55,432 nt of DNA, taken from contig NC_068982.1 of the NCBI RefSeq assembly GCF_001194135.2, forward strand, positions 48,525,519 to 48,580,950, given 5' to 3'. Of this stretch, positions 10,849 to 22,977 are shown one piece after another (the first letter of the stretch is position 1; each line of letters starts with the position of its first letter). The translations under genes were made by a program, and so were the position numbers. The notes beneath the pieces are model-generated. The model saw nothing but the letters and a program-made list of their open reading frames with translations, had not been told where the DNA came from and searched no databases. The stretch comes from Octopus bimaculoides (Eukaryota).

Positions 10849-12278
10849 CACATACATATATATACATATATGTATATATATGTGTATGATAGATAGATAG
10901 ATAGATAGATATGTATGTGTTTGTACATGTATATGTGTGTGTGTGTGCACGTGTGTGTGTTATTATTTCTTTGCATTGACATTGCATGATAGATGTAAAC
11001 AAGTGTCACTGTAATGTAAGTAGTGTCCTTCGTCTCCAATATTCTGTGAAATCATACTTGGCCATAGTAAAATATTGCCTTACTTGGAAATGGTGCCAAA
11101 ATGGGCATCTGGCTGTAGAAAACCTGCCTTAATAAATTCTGCGTGACTCAGCATGGAAAATTGAACAGTAAAATAATGACGATGATGATGGAAGTCATTT
11201 TCTTTCATTTTTTCTCAGTTTCTCCTCTTTATCATGCATATTTTTCCACTCTGGGACAGCCCATACAAATAATCCCTGTGTTTCTTTTGTGATTATTTTC
11301 TAATATTAAAACTAATCATTCAACCATGTTAATTTTTATGCATATGATTTTCAAAACTGAAGCCATGATTCTTTAGTTTGTTTTCACCCTTGGTAACTGT
11401 CATAGTTCAAGGAAGTCCATATCACAACAGAATTTCTTCAGCTAGTCCTAACTTTAACAGCCTATTAATCTGACAATCAGTCAATACTTTACCTTGTAAT
11501 TTCCAGGAAGTACTCTACATTTAAATGTCTTATCATGTGTATCTTGGATTGAAAATAATTGTCATAAGAAATGAATAAAAAGTTTGGTGACAGGAAGTGC
11601 ATCCAGCCATAAAGCATAGTTTGAGAGAAAAAACTGTCCAGCCCTTGTTAGCATGAAAAAGTGGATACAAAAGTTGATAGTGATTCTACAACAAAATAAC
11701 TTTTCTCTGTTTTAACTGAATAACCTGCATGTCTCTGTTATAACATACTACTCTCTCCCTCTCTCCCATTATCTATCTATCTATCTATCAATATTTCTAT
11801 CTACCTATCTATCTATTTCTTTTATGCATGCTCACATAGGTACCATTTATTCTTCAATGAATATTTCAGTTTAGCTATCCATCACACATTTTTTTTAATA
11901 TCTAAACCATAAGACCTGTTCCTTTGTTAAATATAGTTATACTGATTAAACTTTAGTTTATCCAAGCTCATCTACAATTTCCATTTCAGAGTCCACCAAA
12001 TGTCCTTCCATATTCCATTCAATTACACTTCTGTCAGTATGATTTATTTATTACCAAACTTTATCTCCTCTCCAATGTTAAGTACAACCTATTCTGCTTC
12101 ACTTTTAATGAAACAGTATTTCTTTTTCTTACTTATCTCGCTTTCCCATGTAGTTCTTTTTCATATAAATACTTATATGCTTGTGTGTGTGAGTGTGTGT
12201 ATGGATATGTGTGTGTATATGTGTGTGTGTATGCATATATAGGTGTGTGTGTGTGTATAGGTGTGTATGCATATATAG

Positions 12279-12321
<43 letters not shown>

Positions 12322-12920
12322 TATATATATACACACACACACACATATATTGCCTTCCTACCATTTTCTCGTGTCTTGTATAACTTCTCTTCACACTTAC
12401 TGATCTGTTAAGCAGGCGATTGTCTCAAGTGGGTCTTTAAATTATTCTCTCCAATAATTCCAGTCCTATTTTACTGACCTGAACTAAATCTATCACAAGA
12501 CGAGACTGGCTAGTGGAACTATAATGGATTTTTCTAGATTTCTGTCAAATAGGTCCAGTGTCCAGTTAACCATAATTTTCATTGTAATTTAATTTCAAAC
12601 ATGATCAAATAGGTCATTGATCAAAAACAAGCCAGTCTAGATAATTATGTTTCTTTTATATTTTGTCATACAAAATATAACAAATACTATATAACACAAT
12701 ACATCAGTTTCTTTTTTCTTTTCAGATAGTGGAATGTAATTTGAGGATGAATTGGCTGCCATTTCTAACAACTGTCACACATTTTATCATCCTCGTCATA
12801 ATTTGCTAAGGTTATCTTTACAGATTTTCTCTAGAAATTATAGGTAGCAGTGATTTTGTTATGACATTTCATATCTGGGATGTCAGATGTAAACAATGAG
12901 ATCAAAGATAAAAAATGTGT

Positions 12921-12974
12921 AATGGGCATATATGCCATATTTCAAGAGTTTTTCCTCCTTCATCAGACACCATC
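12921..12974 (-). ncRNA. Degenerate type I hammerhead motif
   Basis: Minus strand: GATGGTGT-CTGATGA-AGGAG(GAAAAA)CTCTT-GAAATAT(GGC)ATATA-TGCCCATT; core and stem II intact, the three core-proximal stem I pairs are mismatched. Confidence 0.45.
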
Positions 12975-13080
12975 TAATCCAATAATCATCCACGAACACC
13001 TCACTTAAATAGCCACAAAATATAGTGGTGTAACATTATTAGATGTATCAATTTTACATATTAAGCACATTCCTGGTATT

Positions 13081-13400
13081 CATCATCATCATCATCGTTT
13101 AACGTCCGCTTTCCATGCTAGCATGGGTTGGACGATTTGACTGAGGACTGGTGCAACCGGATGGCTACACCAGGCTCCAATCTAATTTGGCAGAGTTTCT
13201 ACAGCTGGATGCCCTTCCTAACGCCAACCACTCAGAGAGTGTAGTGGGTGCTTTTACGTGTCACCCGCACGAAAACGGCCACGCTCGAAATGGTGTCTTT
13301 TATGTGCCACCCGCACAAGAGCCAGTCCAGGGGCACTGGCAACGATCTCGCTCGAAAACCCTACAAGGCCAGTCAGGCGGTACTGGCAACGGTATTGACT
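13081..13400 (-). mobile_element. RTE-LINE 3' UTR/tail or a SINE sharing that tail, ending in (GAT)n
   Basis: (CAT)n-CGTTTAACGTCCGCTTTCCATGCTAGCATGGG; near-identical to 16568-16732 and 40501-40804; the same tail follows RTE coding at 31605. Confidence 0.85.
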
Positions 13401-14157
13401 TATAAAAACGTTTAATATACTTTATAGAATACTATGGTTGTATAACAAAATACCATGACCCTACAAGTACTTATCATCATAATTTAACACCCATGTTCCA
13501 TAATGGCTTGCACTGGGCAGCTTGACAGGGTCCAACGAGTCCAAGAATTACATGGTACTCTAATGTTTGCTTTGGTATGATTTCTACAGCTGAATACCCT
13601 TCCTGATACACTCCACTTTACATACTTTACATCATGTACTAAGTGCATTTTTCATGACACTAGCACATATAGGGAACATAATACTGCTTATTTTCTCTAA
13701 ATATGCATTGCACCTTCTTTGAAATTTAGTGTGACAAAATTGTGAAAGGTATCAAGACAGTTTGACCCTGGAGCACTAAGTATGTCTATGATGAAATTAC
13801 TTCTAGACTACACAAATAAATAAGAATATTAAGTGAAACATGAAGAGTTTGGTGGCTATCTCGAGGAAGTCAACTGACAACATAGACTCCTTCAGTGGTT
13901 CACAAAAATAAGTTTAATGTGACAAAATTGTGGAAGGTTTGCTTCTGGAGCATCGAAGTATGTCTATGATGAAATTGCTTCTAGACTAAACATGTAAATA
14001 GGAATATTAAGTGAAACCTGAAGAGTAGCTTTATATATGTTGTTATCATTGTTCTTTAACCTTAGGTCAACTCTGATTGAACAGACCTGTAATTAAATGC
14101 ATTATAGACATGGCCATTGCAACTTTCTCATTAGCACAATGCAGCCAGGCTTTACAT

Positions 14158-14447
14158 CAGTGGTTCCCAAAGTGGGTGGTACTGCCCCTGAGGGGTGGGG
14201 GGAAAGGTCCAGGGGGCATTGAAGAAAAGCGGGGCAATAACAGAGTGGCCAAAAGTGGGTGATGGATTTAAAAATCCCCTTAAAATAATGGGTTAACTTG
14301 GGTAAATTTTATTTGTGAAATACTGATGTTTTGAATTAGTTGAAGAAAGAGGTCTATATGTGTGTGGTGGTGGGTGGGGAGGGGGTACTAGGAATGTGAA
14401 CAAGGAGCCAAGGGGGTGGCACCCTGAAAAAAAATTGGGAACCACTG
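14158..14447. mobile_element. hAT MITE
   Basis: TIRs CAGTGGTTCCCAA / TTGGGAACCACTG; 8-bp TSD CTTTACAT / ATTTACAT. Confidence 0.9.
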
Positions 14448-14724
14448 ATTTACATTATCTGATAAGTCCTTTTCTGTTTTGGTTAGCATTGACTGAGGGA
14501 GTATTTGGCAGCTATTTCTAGGAAGTCAAATTGATCATACAGAGTCCTTCAGTTGGTCACAAAAAATAAGTTTAATGTGGCAAAATTGTGGAAGGTACCA
14601 AGAAGAGCATCTACGTATGTGTATGATGAAATTTGATTCTAGACTAAACTTATAAATAGGAATATTAAGTAAAACATGAAGAGTTTGGCAGCTATTTCTA
14701 GGAGGTCAAACTGACCATATAGAG

Positions 14725-14909
14725 CATTGCTCCGCAACCTTTTCCCACTTGCAGTACACTTATATTCTTTTTAGAATTCGGTGGCACACCTGAACAAAAG
14801 ATATAACTAAAAGTATAGGAAAAAAATTATATTCAAGTTACACTGCAGCATACCTAGCATTGTCTTGTAGAACACCAGTGAGCCACAGCATTCCAGCTGC
14901 ATAACACTG
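14725..14909. mobile_element. hAT-type MITE, older
   Basis: Ends CATTGCTCCGCAACC / GCTGCATAACACTG; flanks ATATAGAG / ATACAGAA (6 of 8 match). Confidence 0.55.
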
Positions 14910-15284
14910 ATACAGAATGCTTCAGTGGCTCAAAAAAAAAAAAAGTGTGCAAGCATGGCATAGTGAACGTTAAAGCGATGATGATGATGAATGATAACGA
15001 TGATGATGATGATAAATAACTTGAGATTGGCTGGTGCTCTGGAAGTAATCGGTAAACATTGTTATCTAGTATGTGTTAGAAATGTAAATCAATTTCTGTT
15101 ATTAAACCTGTTTCTGTTAAGTCTTAAATTGTTATATGATTATTTAATATCAATCACTTTATATTGAAAAACCTTAGTAATTAATTTTTGTTCATACAAG
15201 AGGTGTGGTGGCTATTAGAGGTAATAATAAACAATTAACTAATCTGAATATGTATAAAAATTAATTTGCTGCTGGCAAAGGTGT

Positions 15285-15430
15285 TGATGAGGAGGATGGT
15301 GGTGTTGATGATGATGATAATATTGGTAGTGATGATGATGGTGGTGGTAATGAGGATAATGGTGATGATGATGATGATGATAACAACAATGATGGTGGTG
15401 GTGGTGATGATAATGATAAAGATGATGATC
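15285..15430. repeat. (GAT/GGT/AAT)n compound trinucleotide repeat
   Basis: Directly visible; explains ORFs 15235-15450 and 15266-15472. Confidence 0.9.
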
Positions 15431-15600
15431 TTGGCTTTCACATTACTCAAAATCAGTGAAGCTAATATTTAAGCCATGAGAACTGATTTTGCATGCATGT
15501 ACAAATAACATGTATAACTGATTGTCTGAAAGTATATAAGATTGAACAAAGCTATGCCTGAAAGTATGCATATATATATTTTATATGTATATTAAAACAG

Positions 15601-15971
15601 TGGAGGCACAATGGCCCAGTGGTTAGGGCAGTGGACTCGTGGTCATAGGATCGTGGTTTCGATTCCCAGACCAGGCATTGTGAGTGTTTATTGAGCGAAG
15701 ACACTTAAAAGCTCCACGAGGCTCCGGCAGGGGATGGTGGCAAACCCTGCTGTACTCTTTCACCACAACTTTCTCTCAATTTTACTTCCTGTTTCTGTTG
15801 TGCCTTTAATTCAAAGGGTCAGCCTTGTCATGCTGAATATCTCCGAGAACTACGTTAAGGGTACACATGTCTGTGGAGTGCTCAGCCACTTGCATGTTAA
15901 TTTCATGAGCAGGCTGTTCCGTTGATCAGATCAACTGGAACCCTCGACGTCGTAAGTGATGGAGTGCCAAC
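15601..15971 (+). mobile_element. Full-length tRNA-derived SINE
   Basis: A box TGGCCCAGTGG, B box GGTTTCGATTCCC; 12-bp TSD ATATTAAAACAG (15589-15600 and 15972-15983); second copy at 27450. Confidence 0.92.
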
Positions 15972-16379
15972 ATATTAAAACAGATTGCACCTTGCATGCA
16001 TATACAAATACAATGTATAATATATTGCCTAGAAGCAAACAAGGATGAATAAAACTGCATGAAAGAATGTATTTACATGAAATTCTGCATCAAGTGGCTT
16101 ATAAGGAATATATCTCCTTTCCTCTGAAAAGTTGTCCCAGAAAAAAAACAGGTTATGTTTTATAAACAAAAGTCAGAGTGTAGGTCTTTTTGTTTTTTTG
16201 CTTGGGTGGAAGGGCAGAATCAATGACCCTTCTCAGATTTCCTGAGACAAGTAGGAAGAATGGAGAAAGAGTGAAAGGGAGGAAGGTATCCTCAAACTGG
16301 AGATGTGGTCCAAAAGCTTATGTATAGCATCACCATCAACAGCAGCATCACTTAATGTCCACCAAACAGAAATATAAAA

Positions 16380-16567
16380 TCAATCAATCAAACATGTATG
16401 TATGAACAACAGGTTTCTAGTTCTATATTTAAGAGATGAGGAACTACGTATATTATTTACATTATTTACATTCGACGGATATTTGTCCTCATCTTGTTTG
16501 TTGTTAACACAACATTCCCTCCAGCCTTCTTCAGGTGTCTTGGGGAAATTTCGAACCTGGGTTCTCA
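16380..16567 (-). mobile_element. Penelope-associated repeat fragment with a hammerhead remnant
   Basis: Minus strand GACAC-CTGAAGA-AGGCTGGAGGG-AAT-GTT-GTGTT keeps stem I and the first core strand; the PLE link is inferred. Confidence 0.35.
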
Positions 16568-16732
16568 TTCTCTGAGTGGTTGGCGTTAGGAAGGGCAGCC
16601 AGCTGTAGAAACTCTGCCAAATTAGATTGGAGCCTGGTGTTGCCATCCGGTTTCACCAGTCCTCAGTCAAATCATCCAACCCATGCTAGCATGGAAAGCG
16701 GACGTTAAACGATGATGATGATGATGATGATT
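16568..16732 (+). mobile_element. RTE-type 3' tail ending in (GAT)n
   Basis: GGCGTTAGGAAGGGCAGCCAGCTGTAGAAAC...GGACGTTAAACGATGATGATG. Confidence 0.85.
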
Positions 16733-17079
16733 ATTGAGAATACACCTGTAGAAAAAAAAAAAGGTAATGTAAAAGGAGAAAGGGCTCTATACCCCTTTCT
16801 TATTTTTTCTGACCAGGCTCCCGTAGCTTTATGGGTTTTTCCATGTGTAACCTTTCCTTTTTCGAAGTGCCTCCCCCTTTGGGAGTTCTATTTATTTATT
16901 TATTTATCTATTTATTTGTTATATCTTTCTCCGTTTTCTTCCTCTGTTTAGACGAACTTTCCTACCTTTTGGGACAAAACCTTTTGTAACCTTCGTCCTG
17001 TCTTTGTCCTTACATGTTTTTAATTGATATTAGCCCTTGTGGCCAATAAAACGAATTAATTATTATCATTATTGTTATT

Positions 17080-17147
17080 GTTCAGGTTGCTGCTTGGAAT
17101 CTTGGGGTTAGTAGCCCGTGCTCTTAACCACTATACCATATGCCCAC
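17080..17147 (-). mobile_element. tRNA-like SINE head
   Basis: Minus strand GGGCATATGGTATAGTGGTTAAGAGCACGGGCTACTAACCCC: A box plus anticodon arm. Confidence 0.55.
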
Positions 17148-18023
17148 GGGCATATAGTGTAGTGGTTTCTATATTTTTTTCCCCCTAATTTCATCTGCAA
17201 GTATTGGTCAACTCACAGCTACAGTATACGACAGCAGCCAACAATGTTCATGAAGTGGGATTGAACCCCTGACTGAATGTTTCTGAAGTGAACTTCTTAA
17301 CCACACACCCATGCCTATAGTCATTATGAATGTTTATATGTTTATATATTTCTAAAGGTACACAAGTGTAGTTAAAAAATATATTTATCTGACACAAACT
17401 CATCTCTTTTTCTCTGTTCAGTTTCTTATTTTCACTCTTCTTTTCTCCCATTTCTCTCTCTCTCTCTCTGTTTTATTCATACACATACATGCAAACACAC
17501 ACACAATTTATGACTGACTTTATCATTCTTTCACATTTTATTCCCATCTGATTCTCTCTTTGTATGCACACATTTTCCATTTCGTATGTCTGTACATGTC
17601 ACTCTCTTTCTATCTATTTGCCTGTCAATTTCTCTCGCTCTTTCTCTTCCTCTCTCTCTCTAATATTCTCTGCCATCCTTCAATTCTCTCTCCTCCTCTC
17701 ACTTTCTAGACTCTCATGTTTATGTTGAAATGTGTGCTAATTATTTATGCATGTCTTTTTTGATATATGTGCATGTACACTTATGTAAGCATGTATTAGT
17801 ATTCAAGACAGAACAGCATTTAGAAGATGATTTCAACAGTTTAAAGCTCTATCATCTAATCTCATTAGTTAATGCAGTCAAGTACAACATTGTAGCAGCT
17901 AAGCTGTGTAAAATTTCAGTATAACATTCAACACTTATATCAGATAACATGAAACACCTACCTACCTGTTCACACTGGCCTGCAGTTACTAACTCATCTG
18001 ATCTTCGCTTTGTTTCTCCACAG

Positions 18024-18058
18024 TTCTTTTCACCTCTCCAGCCATACATACCCAGCCT
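18024..18058 (+). CDS. Candidate coding micro-exon (FFSPLQPYIPS(L)), phase 0 to 2
   Basis: Strong acceptor CTTTGTTTCTCCACAG|, donor CCT|GTAAGA; phase matches 24957. Confidence 0.55.
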
Positions 18059-18694
18059 GTAAGAGATTATTTATAAAAGTAGATTATAATGTAATTCTCA
18101 TAATAGTAGATAGATTACTATATTTACTCAATGAATTTTACTTACAATGTATATCAAATATTTGTGACATGTACATATATATAATGAAAAGCTTCACTCA
18201 AAAAAAAAATTTTCTTTGCAATAATAAAATAATGATAATAATGATAATTCTTTCTAGTTTTAGGCAAAAAGGAAGAAGAAAATCATTAGGTCAACCCAAG
18301 TGCCCAGCTGGTACTTATTTTATAGACCTTGAAAGAATGGAAACAAAGTTGACTTCAGTGGAATTTGAACACAAAAATAAAGATGGACAAGAAAAAAAAT
18401 GCTCGTCAGTTGAACATGTCCCTTAGTGGCTGCAGATGGTTCTGAAACCACTTAGCATATAGTCATAGTCAGTTGGACAGCTTGCAGCAGACCCCTTGAT
18501 CGGTATGCAGCATGGAGAAGTTACAACAATGATGAAACATCAATAAACTATTTGACTAGTATCTTATTTTATCAATCTCAGAATAATTTCAGCAGGATTT
18601 GGATTGAGAATGTAAAAAAACCTTAACAAATACATGTCATTTTCTCTGAAACATTAATGATTCTGCCAGTCCAATGTGAAAATAATAATTATCC

Positions 18695-18907
18695 TTTCTA
18701 CTTTAGGCAAAAGGCCTGAAATTTGGTGAGAGTGGGTTAGTTAATTACATTGATCTCAGTACTCAGATTAGCACCTATTTTATCAACCCTGAAAAGATGA
18801 AAGCTAAAGTCGCCCTCAGCAGAATTTGAACTCAGAACATAAAGATGAATGAAATATCATTAAGCATTTTGCCCAGTGTGTAACGAATCTGCCAGCTTGC
18901 CGCCTTT
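18695..18907 (-). mobile_element. SINE family D (head AAGGCGGCAAGCTGGCAG)
   Basis: Conserved block TTTATCAACCCTGAAA.GATGAAAG..AAAGTC..CCTC.GC.GAATTTGAACTCAGAAC, present in more than 10 copies in the window. Confidence 0.8.
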
Positions 18908-19233
18908 ATAATAATATTAATAATAACTGTTTCTAATTTAGGCACAAAGCCAGCAATTTTTGAGTCAGAACCATGGTGAAGAGAGAATGAGATAGACAAA
19001 TAGACAGAGAAAGATAGATAGATAGAGAGAGAGAGAGAGAAAATGAGGAGAAAAATAATTGCTTTTTTCTTATATAATATAGTAAGACAAGAAAAGGCAG
19101 TGCTTACAAAGATTTGACATGACTTCTATAAATCTTACAAGAAACAAAGAATTTATGTCAGGTTATTCTCAGACTGGAGACCTGGATCAGAAGCCTGCAG
19201 CTAAAAGCACCTAAAAGCTATTTGGTGGTTTAA

Positions 19234-19451
19234 ATCCTTTTGTTATCATAGCTCTGTTGAAATATACAGCATTTGTTTATATTAATTTCTTTGAATAATT
19301 AAGGGTTTAATGAAAAAATGACTTATTATCAAGCAGGTGTTCAGAAACTAAATTAACATGAAATTTTGATTGAAGATTAAATTTAGAGATCTTTAAGACT
19401 GGGGTCTGTGTCATAAATACAAAGGCAATAGGTTGGTTGGTATCAAAAGGG
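19234..19451. mobile_element. piggyBac-like MITE
   Basis: TTAA|ATCCTTTTG...CAAAAGGG|TTAA. Confidence 0.55.
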
Positions 19452-20442
19452 TTAAGTGATCTATCTAACAACAGTCACGGTCCCTCTGACAGACTTCTAC
19501 AGAATTTCGTGGTAACCACTTGCACCAACAAGATTGAGTGCAACTCATGAGTGCAGCAAAACTCACTTGCCTAAGGTTTCATACAGTGGGACTCATTCCT
19601 GGAAGTATAAAATTCTGATGTGAACTTTATAATCATAAAACCATGGTGAAGAGAGAATGTGATAGACCGATAGTTAGATAGAGAGAAAGAAAGAAGCAGA
19701 CAGTCAGACAGACAGATAGATACAGACTGAGAAAGCGAAAACAAAATCAAATAAGTTAAGGAAAAATTTTGAATAGGCAAATAGCTAGAAATGAAATGAA
19801 GAACATTTCTCTCTATCACTTTTTATTACAATTTGTGCCCAACCTTCCCTTTACCAAGAAAAAGACTAAAAATAAAACTAAACAAATACATAAAGCTGCA
19901 ATGAATGAGACTGTAAAATATAAAGTGCACTAAAAAGATAAATGTCGGGCAATGTATTCATACTGGTGCCAAAGAAAGAGTTTAACAAAACAATAAAGAA
20001 ATCAATACTACATTTCTTAGATTCGAAGACAAATATTAAAAAAAAAAAAAATTCAAGTAGTTTCAGTTTTGTACTGAACAGAGCTTGTGTTTTAAGGAAG
20101 GAAGGCAGTTCTTCACATGCAAATTGGGATATGATTTCAACAGTACAAGAGTGAGAAATAAAAAGAGAATAAGTAAATATTGTAAGAATGTATGAGTGTG
20201 TGACTATATATATATATATATATATAGTGTATACACACACATATACACTTAGTGTGCTCTGATGTGCTTGATAAATGAATGAGGAAGAGTACTCAATTTA
20301 TGTTGTAGAGTATATGATTTATTTAGACTCAATTCCTTTATGGCAATTTAACTTTCACACTACCACTAATACATGCATACATACACACATGCATGCACAT
20401 GCACACATCTATATATATATTCCTATATACATACATATATGC

Positions 20443-20492
<50 letters not shown>

Positions 20493-20989
20493 ATAATTGA
20501 AGATCAAGAGGAGAGTGGAGATTTATCTACATCATATATAGTAATGGCCAACATATGTTGCTACTACAGCAACTACTCATTGCTCTATATGCAATTATGC
20601 ATCCTAGTCATGGCAATTTCCTCATGGATCCATCACTTACGACGTTTTCAAAGTAAACTAATTCAAACAAGCTTCCTGCATTGGTATTCAGTTGAAGGTG
20701 ACAGCATTACTTTTTAAATCAAATAGAATTCTGGTCTTATAATCTCCTCTACAGGTATCACAGTTGAAGCTTGGTTTATAAAATGTTTAGTCATATTACA
20801 ATTAATTATAGCAGTTTTATTTACATTTTACTGTATTAAGTACATCATTCATTTAGAGGTACTTCATTTATTTTGAGTTCATATCCTCAATAATATTATT
20901 GTTATTATTATAATAATTATATTTATTAGTATTATTTATATAAATATCATAATAATTAATTTGACTAGTATAATTACTATAGATTGTAA

Positions 20990-21180
20990 GTTATGTTCCT
21001 TTAAATCATTTAAATGTATATTTTATCCAGTGTGGACATCTCATAGCCTGTTCCTGTATAGTGTTTCTGAGAGTGAATTTGGCACATGTCTTCCACACAA
21101 AGGTCACATCTATTATCACCTATTCTATAAGCTTTTGCTTTAATAATTATTTCCCAAACAATCGAAAATACTTTGTTACT
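20990..21180 (-). pseudogene. Penelope-like GIY-YIG C-terminal fragment
   Basis: KVFSIVWEIIIKAKAYRIGDNRCDLCVED matches the I.W.I...A..Y......C.LC..E pattern of PLE endonucleases. Confidence 0.7.
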
Positions 21181-21190
21181 ATACATGCAT

Positions 21191-21221
<31 letters not shown>

Positions 21222-21222
<1 letters not shown>

Positions 21223-21570
21223 GCACAGTCTATGACAGACCATGTCTGTCTTTGGCTGGCCTCAAATCTCACCTGCGAACCCATGGAAAACAAACTTCAA
21301 CCAGCTATTCTGATTATATGTCTGTGCTCACGTTTGAATGTGGTGTGTGCCAGCGGGTTTGCAAATCCAATGGGGGTCTTAAAAGACATGGTAGGATCCA
21401 CAATGAGCAGAACATACCTGCAGGTATTGGTAGTACAAATCAGAAGTGCAATCTGTGTGGGTGTTTTTTCAAAACATTGTCTGGTTTAAAAAGCCACATC
21501 AGACGCCATGAAAGGGCTAAGGTGTAGGTGCAGGAGGTGGTCAAACTCTGTGTAAGGAGTAGACAACGAC
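21222..21570 (+). mobile_element. 5'-truncated retroposed fragment encoding three C2H2 zinc fingers (probably the C-terminus of an RTE-type LINE ORF)
   Basis: CTVYDRPCLSLAGLKSHLRTH..CGVCQRVCKSNGGLKRHGRIH..CNLCGCFFKTLSGLKSHIRRH* then a short UTR and (AT)n; no TGEKP linkers; embedded in a microsatellite. Confidence 0.65.
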
Positions 21571-21576
21571 CATATA

Positions 21577-21624
<48 letters not shown>

Positions 21625-21635
21625 CACACACACAC

Positions 21636-21840
21636 TTTATTAAAAAGCAGCAAAAATATCACAAAACTATTACTTAAATCAAAATAGCTTATGTAGAAGG
21701 AAAAAAGACCTGAATACTCGGGGTAAATAATGATAATAAATCTAAATCAATTAAAAGATATATCCATTTAAAAAAAACTTTCACACTAAAATACATATAC
21801 ATTTAGCAGTATATACACATACCAAACAACCTGTATATAC
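21636..21840 (-). mobile_element. Partial inverted copy of the PLE terminal repeat at 22978-23400
   Basis: Reverse complement of GGTTGTTTGGTATG..GCTATTTTTGATTTAAG joined to GTAATAGTTTTGTG..TTTTGCTGCTTTTTAATAAA. Confidence 0.75.
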
Positions 21841-22140
21841 ATATATACATACAACATACAGGCGTTGGTACATGGCTACATACATATACAGACAAATATA
21901 GGCAAAACATGAATATATACAAATGCAATATATATGTATTCATGCACACACATGCGCGCGCATAATACCTCCTGCTGTATGCTTATACAACTTAGTTGTT
22001 ACAGGAGGGAGAAAGAAAATCAGAGAATAACAAGTGGTGGGAGAGAGAAAAAAGATACAAAATTAGAAAGACAAAGGGAAAATAGATAGAAGTAGAAAGT
22101 AAGATGATTTGGAAGTTGGCCTGTATGTTTAGTGTACATA

Positions 22141-22975
22141 CAAGGGTTGGACAAAATAATGGAAACACATAGCATCATAATTTTGAAATATCTATAAAAC
22201 TGTCAAAAGCTTGTTTACTTTTATGTTTTTTGATTTATTATTAGTGTTGCTTAATGTGTTTTGCTAAAATTGCTGTTTTTTTTTTTTTCAGATATCATCA
22301 GAAAAAGGTAATTAAAATTCATTAACATGACAGATCTATCGGACTTTCAAAGAGGTCAAATTGTTGGTGCTCATATGGCAGGCACTAGCATAATGAAAAC
22401 AGCCAAAATGTTTGGTGTATCAAGAAGTGCTGTCTCGAAAGTACTGACAGCCTTTGAGAAAGAGGGGAAAACCTCGTCGAAATAAAACTCCGGAAGAAAA
22501 CCAAAACTTACAGATAGGGACCGTCGGACTCTTACGTGAATTGTTAGAAAGGATCACAAAAGTGCAGCTCCCAGAATTACTGCAGAGCTTAATGACCACC
22601 TTGAGAACCCAGTTCCCACAAAAGCTGTTCACTGGGAGTTGCACAAAACCAGATTTCATGAGAGGGCTACAATCTTGAAAGTTGAACATCTAATCTGGCC
22701 ACCACAGTTCACAGATCTCAATATTATTGAACATTTATGGTGCATTTTAGAAAATCAAGTAAGGAGCTGATATCCTCCACCATCATCACTACAAGAGCTG
22801 GAGACTGTTTTAGGTGATAAGTGGACAAAAATTCCTTTGGAAACAATTCAAACTTTGTATGAGTCCATAGCTTGTAGAATTCAAGCTGTAATTACTGCCG
22901 AAGGTGGTCTTACTCTCAATTAAAATAAATTTGTTTGAAATTTTAAGGTATTTCCATTATTTTGTCCGACCCCTG
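22141..22975 (+). mobile_element. Tc1-family transposon, internally deleted
   Basis: TA|CAAGGGTTGGACAAAATAATGGAAACAC / TTTCCATTATTTTGTCCGACCCCTG|TA. Confidence 0.93.
22327..22923 (+). pseudogene. Tc1 transposase pseudogene (HTH region fused in frame to the C-terminus; 3 internal stops)
   Basis: MTDLSDFQRGQIVGAHMAG..SGRKPKLTDRDRRTL..HKTRFHERAT/ILKVEHLIWPPQFTDLNIIEHLW..IQAVITAEGG. Confidence 0.9.
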
Positions 22976-22977
22976 TA

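Larger units (their letters stand above)
13720..14935. repeat. Diverged satellite-like array (about 185-bp unit, about 3.5 copies) interrupted by MITEs
   Basis: Recurrent GTATGTCTATGATGAAATT..CTTCTAGACTA and GAATATTAAGT.AAACATGAAGAG at about 13780, 13960 and 14615. Confidence 0.75.

Noticed and set aside
12000-12411. Cluster of six ORFs
   Set aside because: Translations of (TG)/(TA)/(CA) microsatellites
17796-17880. TEQHLEDDFNSLKLYHL as a further exon
   Set aside because: No convincing donor in a phase compatible with the neighbouring exons
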